A stretch of DNA of 64,000 nt, from assembly GCF_001194135.2 (NCBI RefSeq), contig NC_068986.1, positions 86,010,594 through 86,074,593 on the forward strand, written 5' to 3'. The notes under the pieces were generated by a model. The model had not been told where the DNA came from. It was given only the letters and a program-made list of their open reading frames with translations, and made no database searches. The DNA is from Octopus bimaculoides (taxonomy: Eukaryota). Made by a program: the position numbers and the translations under genes. This document shows positions 51,519 through 64,000 of the stretch, piece after piece (the stretch's first letter is position 1; each line of letters starts with the position of its first letter).

Positions 51519-51910
51519 TAACATTCCTTGTTTGTTTTCGTATTTCTTTCGAATGTATTTCTATTTTCTATTTTATTATTCTTAATCTTATTGTTTATTG
51601 TTCTAGTGTTCTCTTATTCGTTTATTTCTTCATCTTCCTTTTCATTATCATCTTCATTTTCCTCCCTGTAGGCCTCTCTCCACGTTTATTCCCTTTCCAT
51701 ATTCTTTTATCTGTTTCATTTTGTATTGCATTTCTTTCTCCTCCCATTTGATTCATATCAAATGCGCAATCCCCGCCTCCTTCCTCTGGTTTCGCTAATA
51801 CACAGTTATATAGGCACAATTTATCTGTACATACACACATACACATACATGCACACACACACACACATCCGCAAACATATGAATGAAAGAATAAAGATAT
51901 GTATACGCAT

Positions 51911-51973
<63 letters not shown>

Positions 51974-52127
51974 CATACATAGACATATTTATATATTAAT
52001 ATGTATATATACATATATGTATATTTATATATTTATATACGTTTATACATATGTATATATATGTAAATGTTATATATGTATATATGTATATACATATATA
52101 TATGTATACATATGTGTGTTTGTGTGG

Positions 52128-52162
<35 letters not shown>

Positions 52163-52804
52163 GTGTGTGTGTATGTTTGTGTGTGTGCGTGTGTGTCTCT
52201 GTGTCTATGTCTGTGTCTGTGAGTGTGTGCGTAAAATCCTTATTCCTTTATTCAAAAGCCTTAATTCATTCAAGATTTCTTTCTTTCTATTTACTGCCAC
52301 GCCACCTTTACGTCAAATCGAACAATATTCTTGTTATTTCCAATTGCATTCTGTCTCACCGTGTCATTTTATTTCTCAGTTATTCGCGGTGAATCTTCAT
52401 GTTGTATACAATACCGTTTGATTATTTAGTGTTTTTCAAGCGGATTTTCCTTTGCATAAACTATCATTGTTTGGTTGTTTAGTTTGTTGTATGTAATTTA
52501 TATGCTTCTATCGAAAAGAGAAGTTGGTGTGAAGGCCTGGCGAGGGAAAATATTGCATGTTATTTTAGAATGTCAATTGATTGCCGTCTGTTGACCTAAC
52601 TATCATAGACTAAAATCACGGCTACGTGTATCAATGAAGATAATGCTGCCTCCATGCCTAGTGCGGACATCAATGAGACACTAATACAGCTAATTAACAT
52701 TGTATTTGTAAAAATAAAAATATAATGAAATAAAGTTAGAGCGTGAGACAAACATACATAGAAAATCTTGATGAATTATTTATACTATGAAATGTACTTG
52801 CTTT

Positions 52805-52992
52805 TGGCAGAATCGTTAGCACCCCGGGCAAAATGCTTAGTAGTATTTCGCCCGTTGCAACGTTCTGAGTTCCAATTTCGCCGAGGTAGATTTTGCCTTT
52901 CATCCTTTCGGGAACGATAAAATAAGTACCAGTTGAACAATGGGGTCATTCACAACTCTAAAATTGCTGCCCTTGTGGCAAAATTTGAAGCC
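52805..52992 (+). mobile_element. SINE family B
   Basis: tggcagaatcgttagcaccccgggcaaaatgcttag...ctttcatcctttcgggaacgataaaataagtaccagttga. Confidence 0.88.
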
Positions 52993-53964
52993 ATTATTAT
53001 GATGTTGTTACTGTTGTTATTATTATCATTATCCATATATAACATAATATATATAATATGCATGCATGCGCATATATATGTGTGAATATATATTTTGCAG
53101 AGAGAAAGAGACAGGAAGAGATACAGAAATGTAACACATTACATGGATAGAATCAACCCTATGGTTATATACGTATATCCTTGCATCCTTTATTCACACT
53201 TGTTGTTTTCTTGTTCTATTTGCCCCTAGTTGGCCTTGGACACTTTATCACAATGTCCTACTGATTTATCTAAGTTAGTTCTCTAGAACGTTACCCTCTC
53301 TGTTCTCTATCTCCCACTATCCCGCTGACATCCTCGAGTACATGATTTTTTTTTAGCTAATCTAACCCACCTCTCATTTCCCCCCTACCTGGTATTCTTT
53401 TTACTTTTATTCAATCACTATTGAACCACACCCGCCTTATTCCATTTGGCGGGGACCGTAACACTAACTCGTACTTTCATTGGTCATTTCATTTTAAGTT
53501 TGTTTCGCCTTCTTTTTCTTTTCTCGACTAACCATTACTGTTGTGGTCAGCTTGATAAACTCATTTACTCATTTTTAAGCAGCAATGCAAACAACATAGA
53601 CGTAGGAAGAGTCCTGAAGATTAGTTAAAATGGTTTTGCGTCTATTACAACTTCAAGCTTCACTTTCCCATGAAAGAGTTGTAGTCCGTGTGTTACCAGT
53701 TGCTCTCATTACTTTTGGACTTTTATTCGTATGCTTAGCAGCTCTAGTTGCTAAGCCGTGAGTTTTATGGTTACCTTCAGATTATCGAAATCCATTTCAA
53801 TTTCAGTATAGGAAGAAGTGTGTTACTTACGATGTTAATAAACCTATTTCATCGTATATTGTCCACCTTTCATCATCTGTACTTGCCGCATAAATGCTCG
53901 AAGCTCACTGACTTCCAACTCCTGGATCCCTATGGTTGAATAATTACAATTACACATGCACACA

Positions 53965-54023
<59 letters not shown>

Positions 54024-54197
54024 ACACACACACATACGATGCTTGTATATATATGTAAAGAGATTTACATTAGCGCCTCTTATATTTTTAGATTCACGTG
54101 GTTATGCAATATCCATGTGAATACATGTTTACTCGTATTTTTATGTCGCCACAGAGTTAAAACTGAACAAGAATTATTTTCATTGAAAATCATAGAA

Positions 54198-54408
54198 GAC
54201 GGTGAGCTGGTAGAGTCATTAGCACGATGAGGAAAATGCTTAGCGGCATTCCGTCCATCTTTACGCTCTGAATTCAAATTCAGTCGTGATTGACTTCGCC
54301 GGTCATCATTTCAGGGTTGATAAAATAAGAACCAGTTGAAAACTGGAGTCAACGTAATCTATATACTCCCACTCCCGATCCTACTGGCCTTGTGCTAAAA
54401 TTCGAAAC
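54198..54408 (+). mobile_element. SINE family B
   Basis: gacggtgagctggtagagtcattagcacg...ctgaattcaaatt...tcatcatttcagggttgataaaataag. Confidence 0.85.
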
Positions 54409-54715
54409 TAAAATTCGAAAATAGTATTAATATTTATAAACGAGAAAAGGGGCCGGGTGTTTCATCAGTGGGTGTAGTAAATGCTAGCGCATGAGACTCT
54501 CAGCCCTTGAGTCACTCTGTAACATTTGCTGGTTATTAATCAAAGAAAACGTATATATACTCATTTATTGATCTCTAATTTCCAGTTTGCACCATCAAGC
54601 CTATTCATAAACTATATGAATAATTGTATGAGTATCACAAATCAACTCTTGTTTTAATGAACTTATAACTTCCCAACCGAATCTTCATCATCATCACCAC
54701 CAATCATCATCATCA

Positions 54716-54747
<32 letters not shown>

Positions 54748-55172
54748 ATTGTCATCTTCGTCTTCGTCGTTGTCGTGGTCATCATCATCATCGTATACAT
54801 CCTATGGCTTGCCTATTCTCATTAGCAAAAATATCATAGAACGAAACACTACTAAAGTTTTTATCACCGCTGAATGTCCATGATATTGATGATGGTGATG
54901 TTGATGCCGCCGCTGCTGCTGCTGCTGATGATGATGATAATGACGATTGTGATGATGAGGATAATGATAATAGTAATAACCCCCCGACTTCCTCTCCTCC
55001 TCCTCATCATCATCATCAGTATCGCCATAACCATAATCACACTGATTATCATGAAACTTTAGTTACGTTGCTAATCAACATTATTTTCAAACATTTCCAC
55101 ATTAACCTTCATGACAGTTATCAAAACAAATTTAACAACAGCATTATCAACAACAACAACAACAACAACACC

Positions 55173-55203
<31 letters not shown>

Positions 55204-55205
55204 GC

Positions 55206-55263
<58 letters not shown>

Positions 55264-55270
55264 CAACAAC

Positions 55271-55302
<32 letters not shown>

Positions 55303-55830
55303 AAATGCAAATACAAACAAACCGAGCAATAAACGCCATTTAATAATTATAGAAAAAAATCTTGGAAAATATGGTAAAAGATATACAAAATTATCAGTGA
55401 TAAAATCATACTGTTTTCATGCCAACATTTATATGATATTCTTTGCCATTTTCGCCGTATAATTCCCAGTCAGGAATAGTCCTAACAACATTTTAATTTC
55501 TGAGACGCCATTTTGAGTCATTAAAATAAAGAAGAAATTTTTATGATTCATTCGAAGATTTGGGTTGGTTTATTGATACATTTATTTAGAATTTTTAAAG
55601 GAGGTTTGTTTTTTTTATTTCATTTTATTTTATTTCTATATTGATTAGATAATTTTCACAAATGGCTATTGCATCTTCAATCCACGTCATAAATCTGGAA
55701 TTCCGCACCGAATCCGAAGGCTGTCGCATCATTTTCATTTGCGGTGAAGGGGATATATACATATTTACATACGCACATATATATATACGTATAGATATAT
55801 ATTGAATATACATAATATTATATGTGTGCG

Positions 55831-55891
<61 letters not shown>

Positions 55892-58800
55892 GTACATGTG
55901 CATATATACACACGAACATTATATGTATGCATAGATATTCGTCTATACTTGCATGCGTATATATACAGAATAATACACATTGTGAGGTTTATTTCAGCGT
56001 TAATTGGCAGTTTTAAAGATCAATTTCAGCGCATAATTGTACCCATGAATACATGAATATATATGTATGTATGCATGTATGTATATTTATGTATATGCAT
56101 TTGTGTATGGATGTAAATGCATACATATTACATACACACACATATGTATTTGTATGAAATACGCATACAATATATCTATTATTATATGTAATAAAAAATA
56201 AAGAACTCAAAAGTTTGCATTAATTCAACAAAAGTCAAATGCAAATTGAAACAATCACAAATCAGATAAAATTTACATAAAATAAAATATGCACAACCTT
56301 TGAGAAAATACAAGCGCATTATTAAACGAGTTAAATAAATAATACGTTATGTCCATTTGAGTTTCTGCAGCAATTATAAACAGTATGGTATAAAAAATTG
56401 CTGGAATATTAACAATATATAAAATAAATATATGTCTCTTAATCACTTGTGTCAGAAATGGAGCCCGAATTTCTTTAGGTATCCAATCGGGGATGTATAT
56501 AAACATACGATAGGCTTATTGTACTATTAGTTTGATCCAGCAATCGTTCGTCCTCCAGTACCATGGTTACGATGTCAGGGAATTCAAGAAAATGAAACGA
56601 GGAATAATAACCTGGAAGTTATTTAAGAAGCATTTTAAGAGAAAAGTTAACTATTATACTCACAGAATGTTGTCATATCCCCTTAACCCGTGTAATGAAG
56701 AATAGTTTTAATGATGAATATTAATATTTAACAAAACTATATACTATAGAAATGACAAAATGGGAAAACATAAATTTCGTTAAACTCTGTACCATATCCG
56801 GCGATGCGTCCATTTCTATAAGAGGATATCATGACGATGCCTGCAATTTTTAAAACTCTCTGGCTTCGGGTTGATAATTTTGGTACGATCAAATAAGGAT
56901 GTATTGTTTCAGCTATAGAGAGCTGGTGCAATTTTGACCTGTTAATGTATATTATTTAAATGAGTTTATTTGGCATACCTCTTTTTGAAGTCACTTTCAC
57001 ACAACTCACTATATTTATTCGTTAGATTCCCTTATATAGCGTAACAGAGGTGACCTTCACTTCGACTGAGCTAGCGGTCCATGCTTGAACTAGAGGACAA
57101 GTATCTGGATTCTTACTGTTGCTGTCGGAGTCGATAATCCCGGTAGGTTTACGTGAAATAATGTTTTATATATTAGCTAAGCATCTATAGGACACTTTCA
57201 CGAAACATCTACTGAACATTTTCTTATATATGGCTACCGGATATATATTTGTCTATCAGGGCTATTAGGTATTTAACTACATTATTGCAAATTTTTAAGG
57301 AAAAAGAAATGGTTGGGCAACCCTATAGCTTGTTTTTAGGCTTGGATCATGTTTGAGTCGGAATATGTGATATTCTCTCTTTAAAGCCACTGTCATCCAG
57401 GGTACTATTGTACTAGAGGTCTGCCTTATCACAAATTTCTTTACATGACATAGATCCTTTTAGCAAAAGACGCCTCCCATACTTCATTAAACACACAGTT
57501 TAATGTAGTTTAACACTCCATTCGTTCGGCAACCCCCTCTAGGGAAATATATTCTAGAGTTTCTGTGAACAGAATTATTCCTATTTCCTTTAAAACTTTT
57601 CTTCACCTATTTTTCATGTTTTTCTCTCCTTTCCTTTCTCAATCGTCATATTATCTGAATCTGAAGGATTGCCGTATCATTGTCTGTACGCCAGATGATA
57701 TCCTTTTCTTACTGCAGTATTCAGCATGCAATTCAAAGTAGTTGTCTTATAACGCATGTATTCATCAAATGATAAACTATTTCTCAATAAGATCTCGCTG
57801 GGTTGAGTACTTTCGTCTGCTGATCCCAATCAACGAGTTGACAGTGAACATATATATATNNNNNNNNNNNNNNNNNNNNNNNNNNNNNNNNNNNNNNNNN
57901 NNNNNNNNNNNNNNNNNNNNNNNNNNNNNNNNNNNNNNNNNNNNNNNNNNNNNNNNNTGTGTGTGTGTGTGTGTGTGTGTTTACAGAATAGCTTAGCTAA
58001 GTTTCTGTAGTGAAAGGTAATGAATATAGTTGCTTCTACACAAACATCACATGTAATATGCTGCTTCATTTTCAAATTTAAACCCTACTTTAGACAGCTG
58101 GTACCATTTCTAAGATTTTATGTTTCTTTTCCCTGCCATACAAGGACTATTCTTGCTACCATGTTCGTATTCCATTTTACTATCTCATCACCTGCTTAGC
58201 TTCGTGCTTTAAAATAATTGTATTTATTTGTTACGTTTGTCTACCTAACAGTTCTGTTTCGATACCATCTATTTTATATTGTTTGAGTTGTTTCAATAGC
58301 AAAATATAGTTACTTTCCATTTATGTTTCTACAAAATATTGTAGATTCAAATATAAATTAGAAGCAGCACTAGTATTCTAAACATTATCGAATACGCATA
58401 TCTAGTATACGTGCCCTGCTTCTTCGTCGTTTGGCTGCCTATAGCGCATTGGAGATAACTCCCTCAAAGCGCTGAGAGATAAAATAACAAACGAGACAAC
58501 TTGCCCTAAATCCCATCAAGAAGCGGTGGATATCAATGTTTCGTCATATTTGTGGCTTATGAACATCACCTGCCCAGATCGAACTGGAGGCTAACTAGAA
58601 TTACTAGTATATAAAATAATTCTGGCGAATTCTGGATATTATCTTATCGATGTCGTTCAGTAAGTATGGTGATACTTAATTACCTCCATTGTAGTTATAT
58701 ATCATAACTTTTCATGTCTTCCTGTGCAGTCTTCTCGTTACACTATCTTATAACTTTAACATATTGCTATAACAGTTTTGATGATTTTTTATTTTATTGC

Positions 58801-59566
58801 TGCGGCTGTCATCGTCATAGTTTTGCATTTAGCTGAGTTTTAAGTATTCATCTGAGTTTATAATATTCATTTACATTATTTCAACTCAGTTCTTATTCCA
58901 TTTTAATTCCTTCATTTCTGAACTGAAACATTGAACTTTGCTGAAAGAAATTAGAATTTTCATAACTATTTTACAATTTTACAATTTAACATGTCTCTTG
59001 CTTTAAGTTTTCTTTGAAGTGGTGCACTTCTCTTCTACTTATGCCAATTTTCTGTAGTATTTGTGCCGTTACATCTTTAAATATATGTTCTTTTCTTTTC
59101 ATTCGCTTCCATGTAGATTCAAACACATTTCTTTATTGTTGTATTTTCTTTAACATATTTCGGTGTACGCAGCGTTTCTATGTTATTCGCTTTGGTGCAG
59201 GTATTTCTATATTACTAGTTCTGATGAAGTTTTCACTTTACCTTGTAAGTAGTACAGCTGCATTGTTAAACATTTCGTTCATAGAATTGATTTCAAATCA
59301 CACACCTCTGTTCTTTAAAATTTCGACGAAAAAAGCTTAGCTTGATTAGTTGCAGTTTGCTGCAGTAATCATAGTAGTGGTGGTGGTGGTAGGGTAGCAG
59401 TAGTAGTAGTGGTAGAGATGGTGGTAGTGGTGATGGTGGTGGTGGTGGAATTAGTAGTTGTAGAAGTTGTAATGATAGTAATAGCAACAGCAGTAGCTAT
59501 AGCCGCAGCACCAAAGTTAGTAGTTGTAGTAGCAGCAAACAGTAGCAACAGCAGCATGAGCACCAT

Positions 59567-59678
59567 TCTTCTTCTTCTTCTTCTTCTTCTTCTTCTTCTT
59601 CTTCTTCTTCTTCTTCTTCTTCTTCTTCTTCTTCTTCTTCTTCTTCTTCTTCTTCTTCTTCTTCTTCTTCTTCTTCTT
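59567..59678. repeat. (TTC)n tract
   Basis: Direct reading; abuts the LINE 3' end. Confidence 0.95.
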
Positions 59679-60036
59679 CAGTAGTTTTATTTTTATAACG
59701 TGCTTTCACTTCACTACCGAGCGCAGCTCTGTGCGCCTTGGGTATGTGCTGCGGGTTGCTGTGGTGCTCTTATGGTTACTGTATTGAAAGTGTTTTGCGT
59801 AGAATGTGTGTAGTACCCAGTAGTGCAATTTTCTGTATGTTATATATATATATTTGTAAGTCCTGGTGTTTTTGTTATGTATTTGTCTGAATATTTTTTT
59901 ATTAAACTTAAGGCACCTACTATAAAAGGAATTGTTTCTGGTTTTAGATTCCACATTCGAGTTACCTCTATTTCCAGGTCTTTGTATTTTGAAAGTTTTT
60001 CCATTTCTTTTAGGGAAACGTTTTCATCTGCTGGTA
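59679..60036 (-). mobile_element. 5'-truncated 3' end of an RLE-endonuclease non-LTR retrotransposon (R4/Dong- or HERO-like)
   Basis: IPADENVSLKEMEKLSKYKDLEIEVTRMWNLKPETIPFIVGAL...IQKIALLGTTHILRKTLSIQ* (stop 59776-78) is the C-terminal restriction-like endonuclease tail; followed by a short 3' UTR. Confidence 0.85.
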
Positions 60037-60061
60037 TTATTATTATTATTAATATTATTAC

Positions 60062-60169
<108 letters not shown>

Positions 60170-60589
60170 AAGCAGCAGCAGCAACGGCAAGAACAGCAAC
60201 AACGGTACTACCAGCAGAAGTAGCAGTGTTGTTGTTGCTGTAGTTATTGTTGTTGTTGGTGGTGGTGTTATAAGCGTTTACAGAACGAGTTTTCCCGGGC
60301 TCGTGCCATGCAGCATTCGGGAAGAGTGCTGTTGACTGATAATGGCTACAGATTTCTTATAAACAGGAAGTCATGTGGTCAAAGTGAAAATTTAGGTGAG
60401 CCGATCTGAAATCTCTTCTAAGGGGACAGGTGAGAAGATAATGTTCTTTAATATCGTACTTTAAATCTCATAAGTTATATATCATGTGTGACCTTCGCCA
60501 TTCACAGTCAGCGGCAGGTGTAAAGCGTAGTAAGGTTTCCGGATAATTGATTGTGCGATAGATTTCTGTTTTGTCTTTGGTAGTTAATG

Positions 60590-60609
60590 ACGATGATGAC
60601 TATGAGGAA

Positions 60610-60684
<75 letters not shown>

Positions 60685-60765
60685 CACAATGGTAGTGGTA
60701 ATCGTGGTGGTGGTGATGTTGAGGATGATGACGATGATGATGTTGATGATGACGACGTCGATGAA
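60590..60765. repeat. (GAT)n compound microsatellite
   Basis: Direct reading. Confidence 0.95.
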
Positions 60766-61902
60766 TTCGTAATATCGTTATAGACATTATGTTTGAGGTT
60801 CCTCGTTAGATTGACAACATTTAATACGCACACACACATACACAAACACGCACACACACATACACACACACGCGTACACACACACACACAAATGCATATG
60901 CGTTTACACGCACACACAAATATACATATGTGTACCTTATCGCTGTGTTTGCATTTTTACTAAAATTGTTGAGTACGGTGTAACGTTTATGTACGATTAT
61001 CTATACTTAGCCGTAACAAACTTGGATTCATATTTACAAAAGCTGTATGAAATATATGCTTTATGTGTTCGTGCGTGTGTGCATCTACATGCGTATGAGT
61101 TGCTTCTCCAACATACTGAAAATTTAGAAATAGCAGTCAAAGAACTACTGATTCCAAACTACAATTTTCTTCTGTGTGTGTCATAAATATCGCCATCCGT
61201 TTAGAGATTATGAATGGTTTTACCGATAAAGGTTTTTTCATACTGAACTACTTGGCAAAATTGTTAATTATTAATTCTATTACTAATTGACGATTCCCTG
61301 CCCTTATTTCTGTATATTTTATATTTGATGCCTCTAAGTTGGATGGTTAAACCGTAATCCCATCATACGGGACTTTTTTTCATACGGGACTATTTGTGAC
61401 GCACATGGAATAGATTCCCTTAGGGTGAGGTGTTTGAACTCACTANNNNNNNNNNNNNNNNNNNNNNNNNNNNNNNNNNNNNNNNNNNNNNNNNNNNNNN
61501 NNNNNNNNNNNNNNNNNNNNNNNNNNNNNNNNNNNNNNNNNNNNNNNNNNNNNNNNNNNNNNNNNNNNNNNNNNNNNNNNNNNNNNNNNNNNNNNNNNNN
61601 NNNNNNNNNNNNNNNNNNNNNNNNNNNNNNNNNNNNNNNNNNNNNNNNNNNNNNNNNNNNNNNNNNNNNNNNNNNNNNNNNNNNNNNNNNNNNNNNNNNN
61701 NNNNNNNNNNNNNNNNNNNNNNNNNNNNNNNNNNNNNNNNNNNNNNNNNNNNNNNNNNNNNNNNNNNNNNNNNNNNNNNNNNNNNNNNNNNNTATGAATG
61801 GTTTTACCGATAAAGGTTTTTTCATACTGAACTACTTGGCAAAATTGTTAATTATTAATTCTATTACTAATTGACGATTCCCTGCCCTTATTTGTGTGTG
61901 TG

Positions 61903-61933
<31 letters not shown>

Positions 61934-62024
61934 TTATATGTATATATATGTATATATATATGTGTATTTATATATGTATATATATATGTATATCTATATA
62001 TATATATGTGTGTGTGTGTTATAT

Positions 62025-62290
62025 ATAGCCTTGTGAGTGGTTTTGGTAGACAGAAACTGAAAGAAGCCCGTCATACATATATGTGTTTGTGTGTGTATTT
62101 GTGTATCTCTGTTTGTCCCCCGCCATAGCTGACAACCGATGCTAGTGTATTTACTTCCCCGTAACCTAGCAGTTCAGCAAAAGAGACCGATGAAATAAGT
62201 AATAGGCTTAAAAGAATAAGTTCTGGGGTCTATCTGTTCGACTAAAGGCCGTGCTCCAGCATGTCCGCGCTCAAATGACTGAAACAAAAA
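62025..62290 (+). mobile_element. SINE family A, 5' truncated
   Basis: agccttgtgagtggttttggtagacagaaactgaaagaagcccgtc...gacaaccgatgctagtgt...gtgctccagcatg. Confidence 0.88.
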
Positions 62291-63037
62291 AAAATGAGTG
62301 GAAGAATATATATATACATATACACGCAAACACACACTCAGACACACCACACAATATTTCTTCAGGATATGCGGTATTTCTTTCTGTTTTTGGAACCTAT
62401 AACATATATGCTGTCGAATAGTTAGTTCCTCGATGATTCTGCTCTGATGAAATAATGCTTGCTGACATGCGCAAAAAATGGGATTGAGTTGGCAAGAAGG
62501 TATTATTGTGACTGACAAAGAAGGCAAAACTGTCAGGGCATCACACTGCCATCAGTGAGTAGTAACGTTTTCTAAACTGTGCAAGGACACATGCTATGCA
62601 CTCAAGCCTATTTATTTGGACCGAGTGACCTAGCAAGCGAGCGGGAAACAAAGGGAGAGAGAGTGAAAGAAAGTGAGAATTAGAAAGAGATAGACAGACA
62701 GAGGAAGAATGAGAAAGAGAGAGAGGATAAGTATGGAGGCAGACAAATATAATCAGAGGAAGTCTAATAGAAACTGTAGGAGAGAGAAGGGGAACTAACC
62801 ACATTTCTGTAATTTTATTTAACTAACCAGTTGGTGGTAAACTTAAGCTGAGAGGTATTTGAACTTAAAGCGCAAAGCTCGAAAGTCTCCGAACTTCTAA
62901 CAATTTACATCATTGCTCTGTCCGAAAAACAACTACATATACATACATACACATGAACATTCATGCACATGTATACATATGCGGCGAAATTGGTAGACTA
63001 TATGAATAATTTATATTGTGAAATATATAAAATATAT

Positions 63038-63100
63038 ATGGTGCTCCAGCATGGCCGCAGTCAAATGACTGAAACAAGTAAAAGAGTATAAAAGAGTATA
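63038..63100 (+). mobile_element. Extreme 3' tail of SINE family A (or of its partner LINE)
   Basis: ggtgctccagcatggccgcagtcaaatgactgaaacaagtaaaagagtataaaagagtata. Confidence 0.8.
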
Positions 63101-63493
63101 TGTATATATAATAGAATATATATATGTATATATATATAAATATATATTTATATATATATATATATATANNNNNNNNNNNNNNNNNNNNNNNNNNNNNNNN
63201 NNNNNNNNNNNNNNNNNNNNNNNNNNNNNNNNNNNNNNNNNNNNNNNNNNNNNNNNNNNNNNNNNNNNNNNNNNNNNNNNNNNNNNNNNNNNNNNNNNNN
63301 NNNNNNNNNNNNNNNNNNNNNNNNNNNNNNNNNNNNNNNNNNNNNNNNNNNNNNNNNNNNNNNNNNNNNNNNNNNNNNNNNNNNNNNNNNNNNNNNNNNN
63401 NNNNNNNNNNNNNNNNNNNNNNNNNNNNNNNNNNNNNNNNNNNNNNNNNNNNNNNNNNNNNNNNNNNNNNNNNNNNNNNNNNNNNNNNNNNNN

Positions 63494-63538
<45 letters not shown>

Positions 63539-64000
63539 AGAGAGAGAGAGAGAGAGACAGACAGAAAGAGTGGATGAGAAAGAAACAGAATGACAGACAT
63601 GTGCTGATTAAGAAATAAGGTTCCATTCGGTAATTCATGTATTTGAATCTTGTTCGTATATGAGAACCTTATTATTATTATGAACGCAGAGCAACGTCAT
63701 TTTACATCTTCTTCCTCTATATTACAGTAACACAATACAAAGTTCACAAATCATACTTCACTCGTAGTTGTAAATGATATTGTCGTTATTACGTGTCCAC
63801 AGTGTAGAAGTTCTATGGCTTTATGATAATGGCAGCAGGTCATCATAAATATGGCAGTCGTGCGCAACAATAGCTGTTCACAGCACAAGACAATTGTGGA
63901 CGTCAACCTAACTACTTGATGGCAATTGAGTTTCTGATATGGATTTCTGAATATTAGAAAACAAATCAAAATTTTCATTATAAGATAATATACGTATATA

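Noticed and set aside
56750-56930. WENINFVKLCTISGDAS.. resembling the hAT TDGA region
   Set aside because: The catalytic motif is not preserved; similarity is too vague
57040-57143. Good acceptor and donor pair around a GC-richer 100-bp patch
   Set aside because: Stops in all three frames; no evidence for a non-coding exon
60325-60420. VLLTDNGYRF resembling an integrase core motif
   Set aside because: Isolated 10-residue match in a short frame with no other integrase motifs
63770-63960. TCPQC and DNCGRQPN motifs recalling Sola-type transposases
   Set aside because: They lie in different frames with several stops and are too short to call

Overview
AT-rich, microsatellite-saturated animal genomic DNA. 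The tRNA-headed SINE families and the (TA)n/(CA)n/(AAT)n/(GAT)n load look like an Octopus-type cephalopod draft assembly; this is inferred from recalled repeat consensus, not from a search. About 8.4 kb (~13%) is N in 22 scaffold gaps, most of them flanked by (TA)n. No intact protein-coding gene, rRNA, tRNA gene or CRISPR array can be supported. Nearly all ORFs in the supplied track are microsatellite or N read-throughs, so the window is best read as intronic or intergenic. Identifiable content is mobile-element debris: about 25 SINE copies or fragments from three families, a ~1.27 kb mariner with both TIRs plus its MITE derivatives, a fold-back mariner, a Tc1/mariner (rosa/DD41D-like) remnant with a tandem partial duplicate, a 126-bp piggyBac-type MITE, a CR1 LINE remnant, an RLE-type LINE 3' end, a possible Helitron end and two long inverted-repeat elements. 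The most notable signals are: (1) a set of Penelope-type type I hammerhead ribozyme motifs, one with a fully canonical core and an unusually long stem II insert (20161-20289); (2) a SINE-head/mariner-MITE chimera that occurs twice with the same junction; (3) unexplained coding-like stretches at 30927-31668 and 1583-2005.
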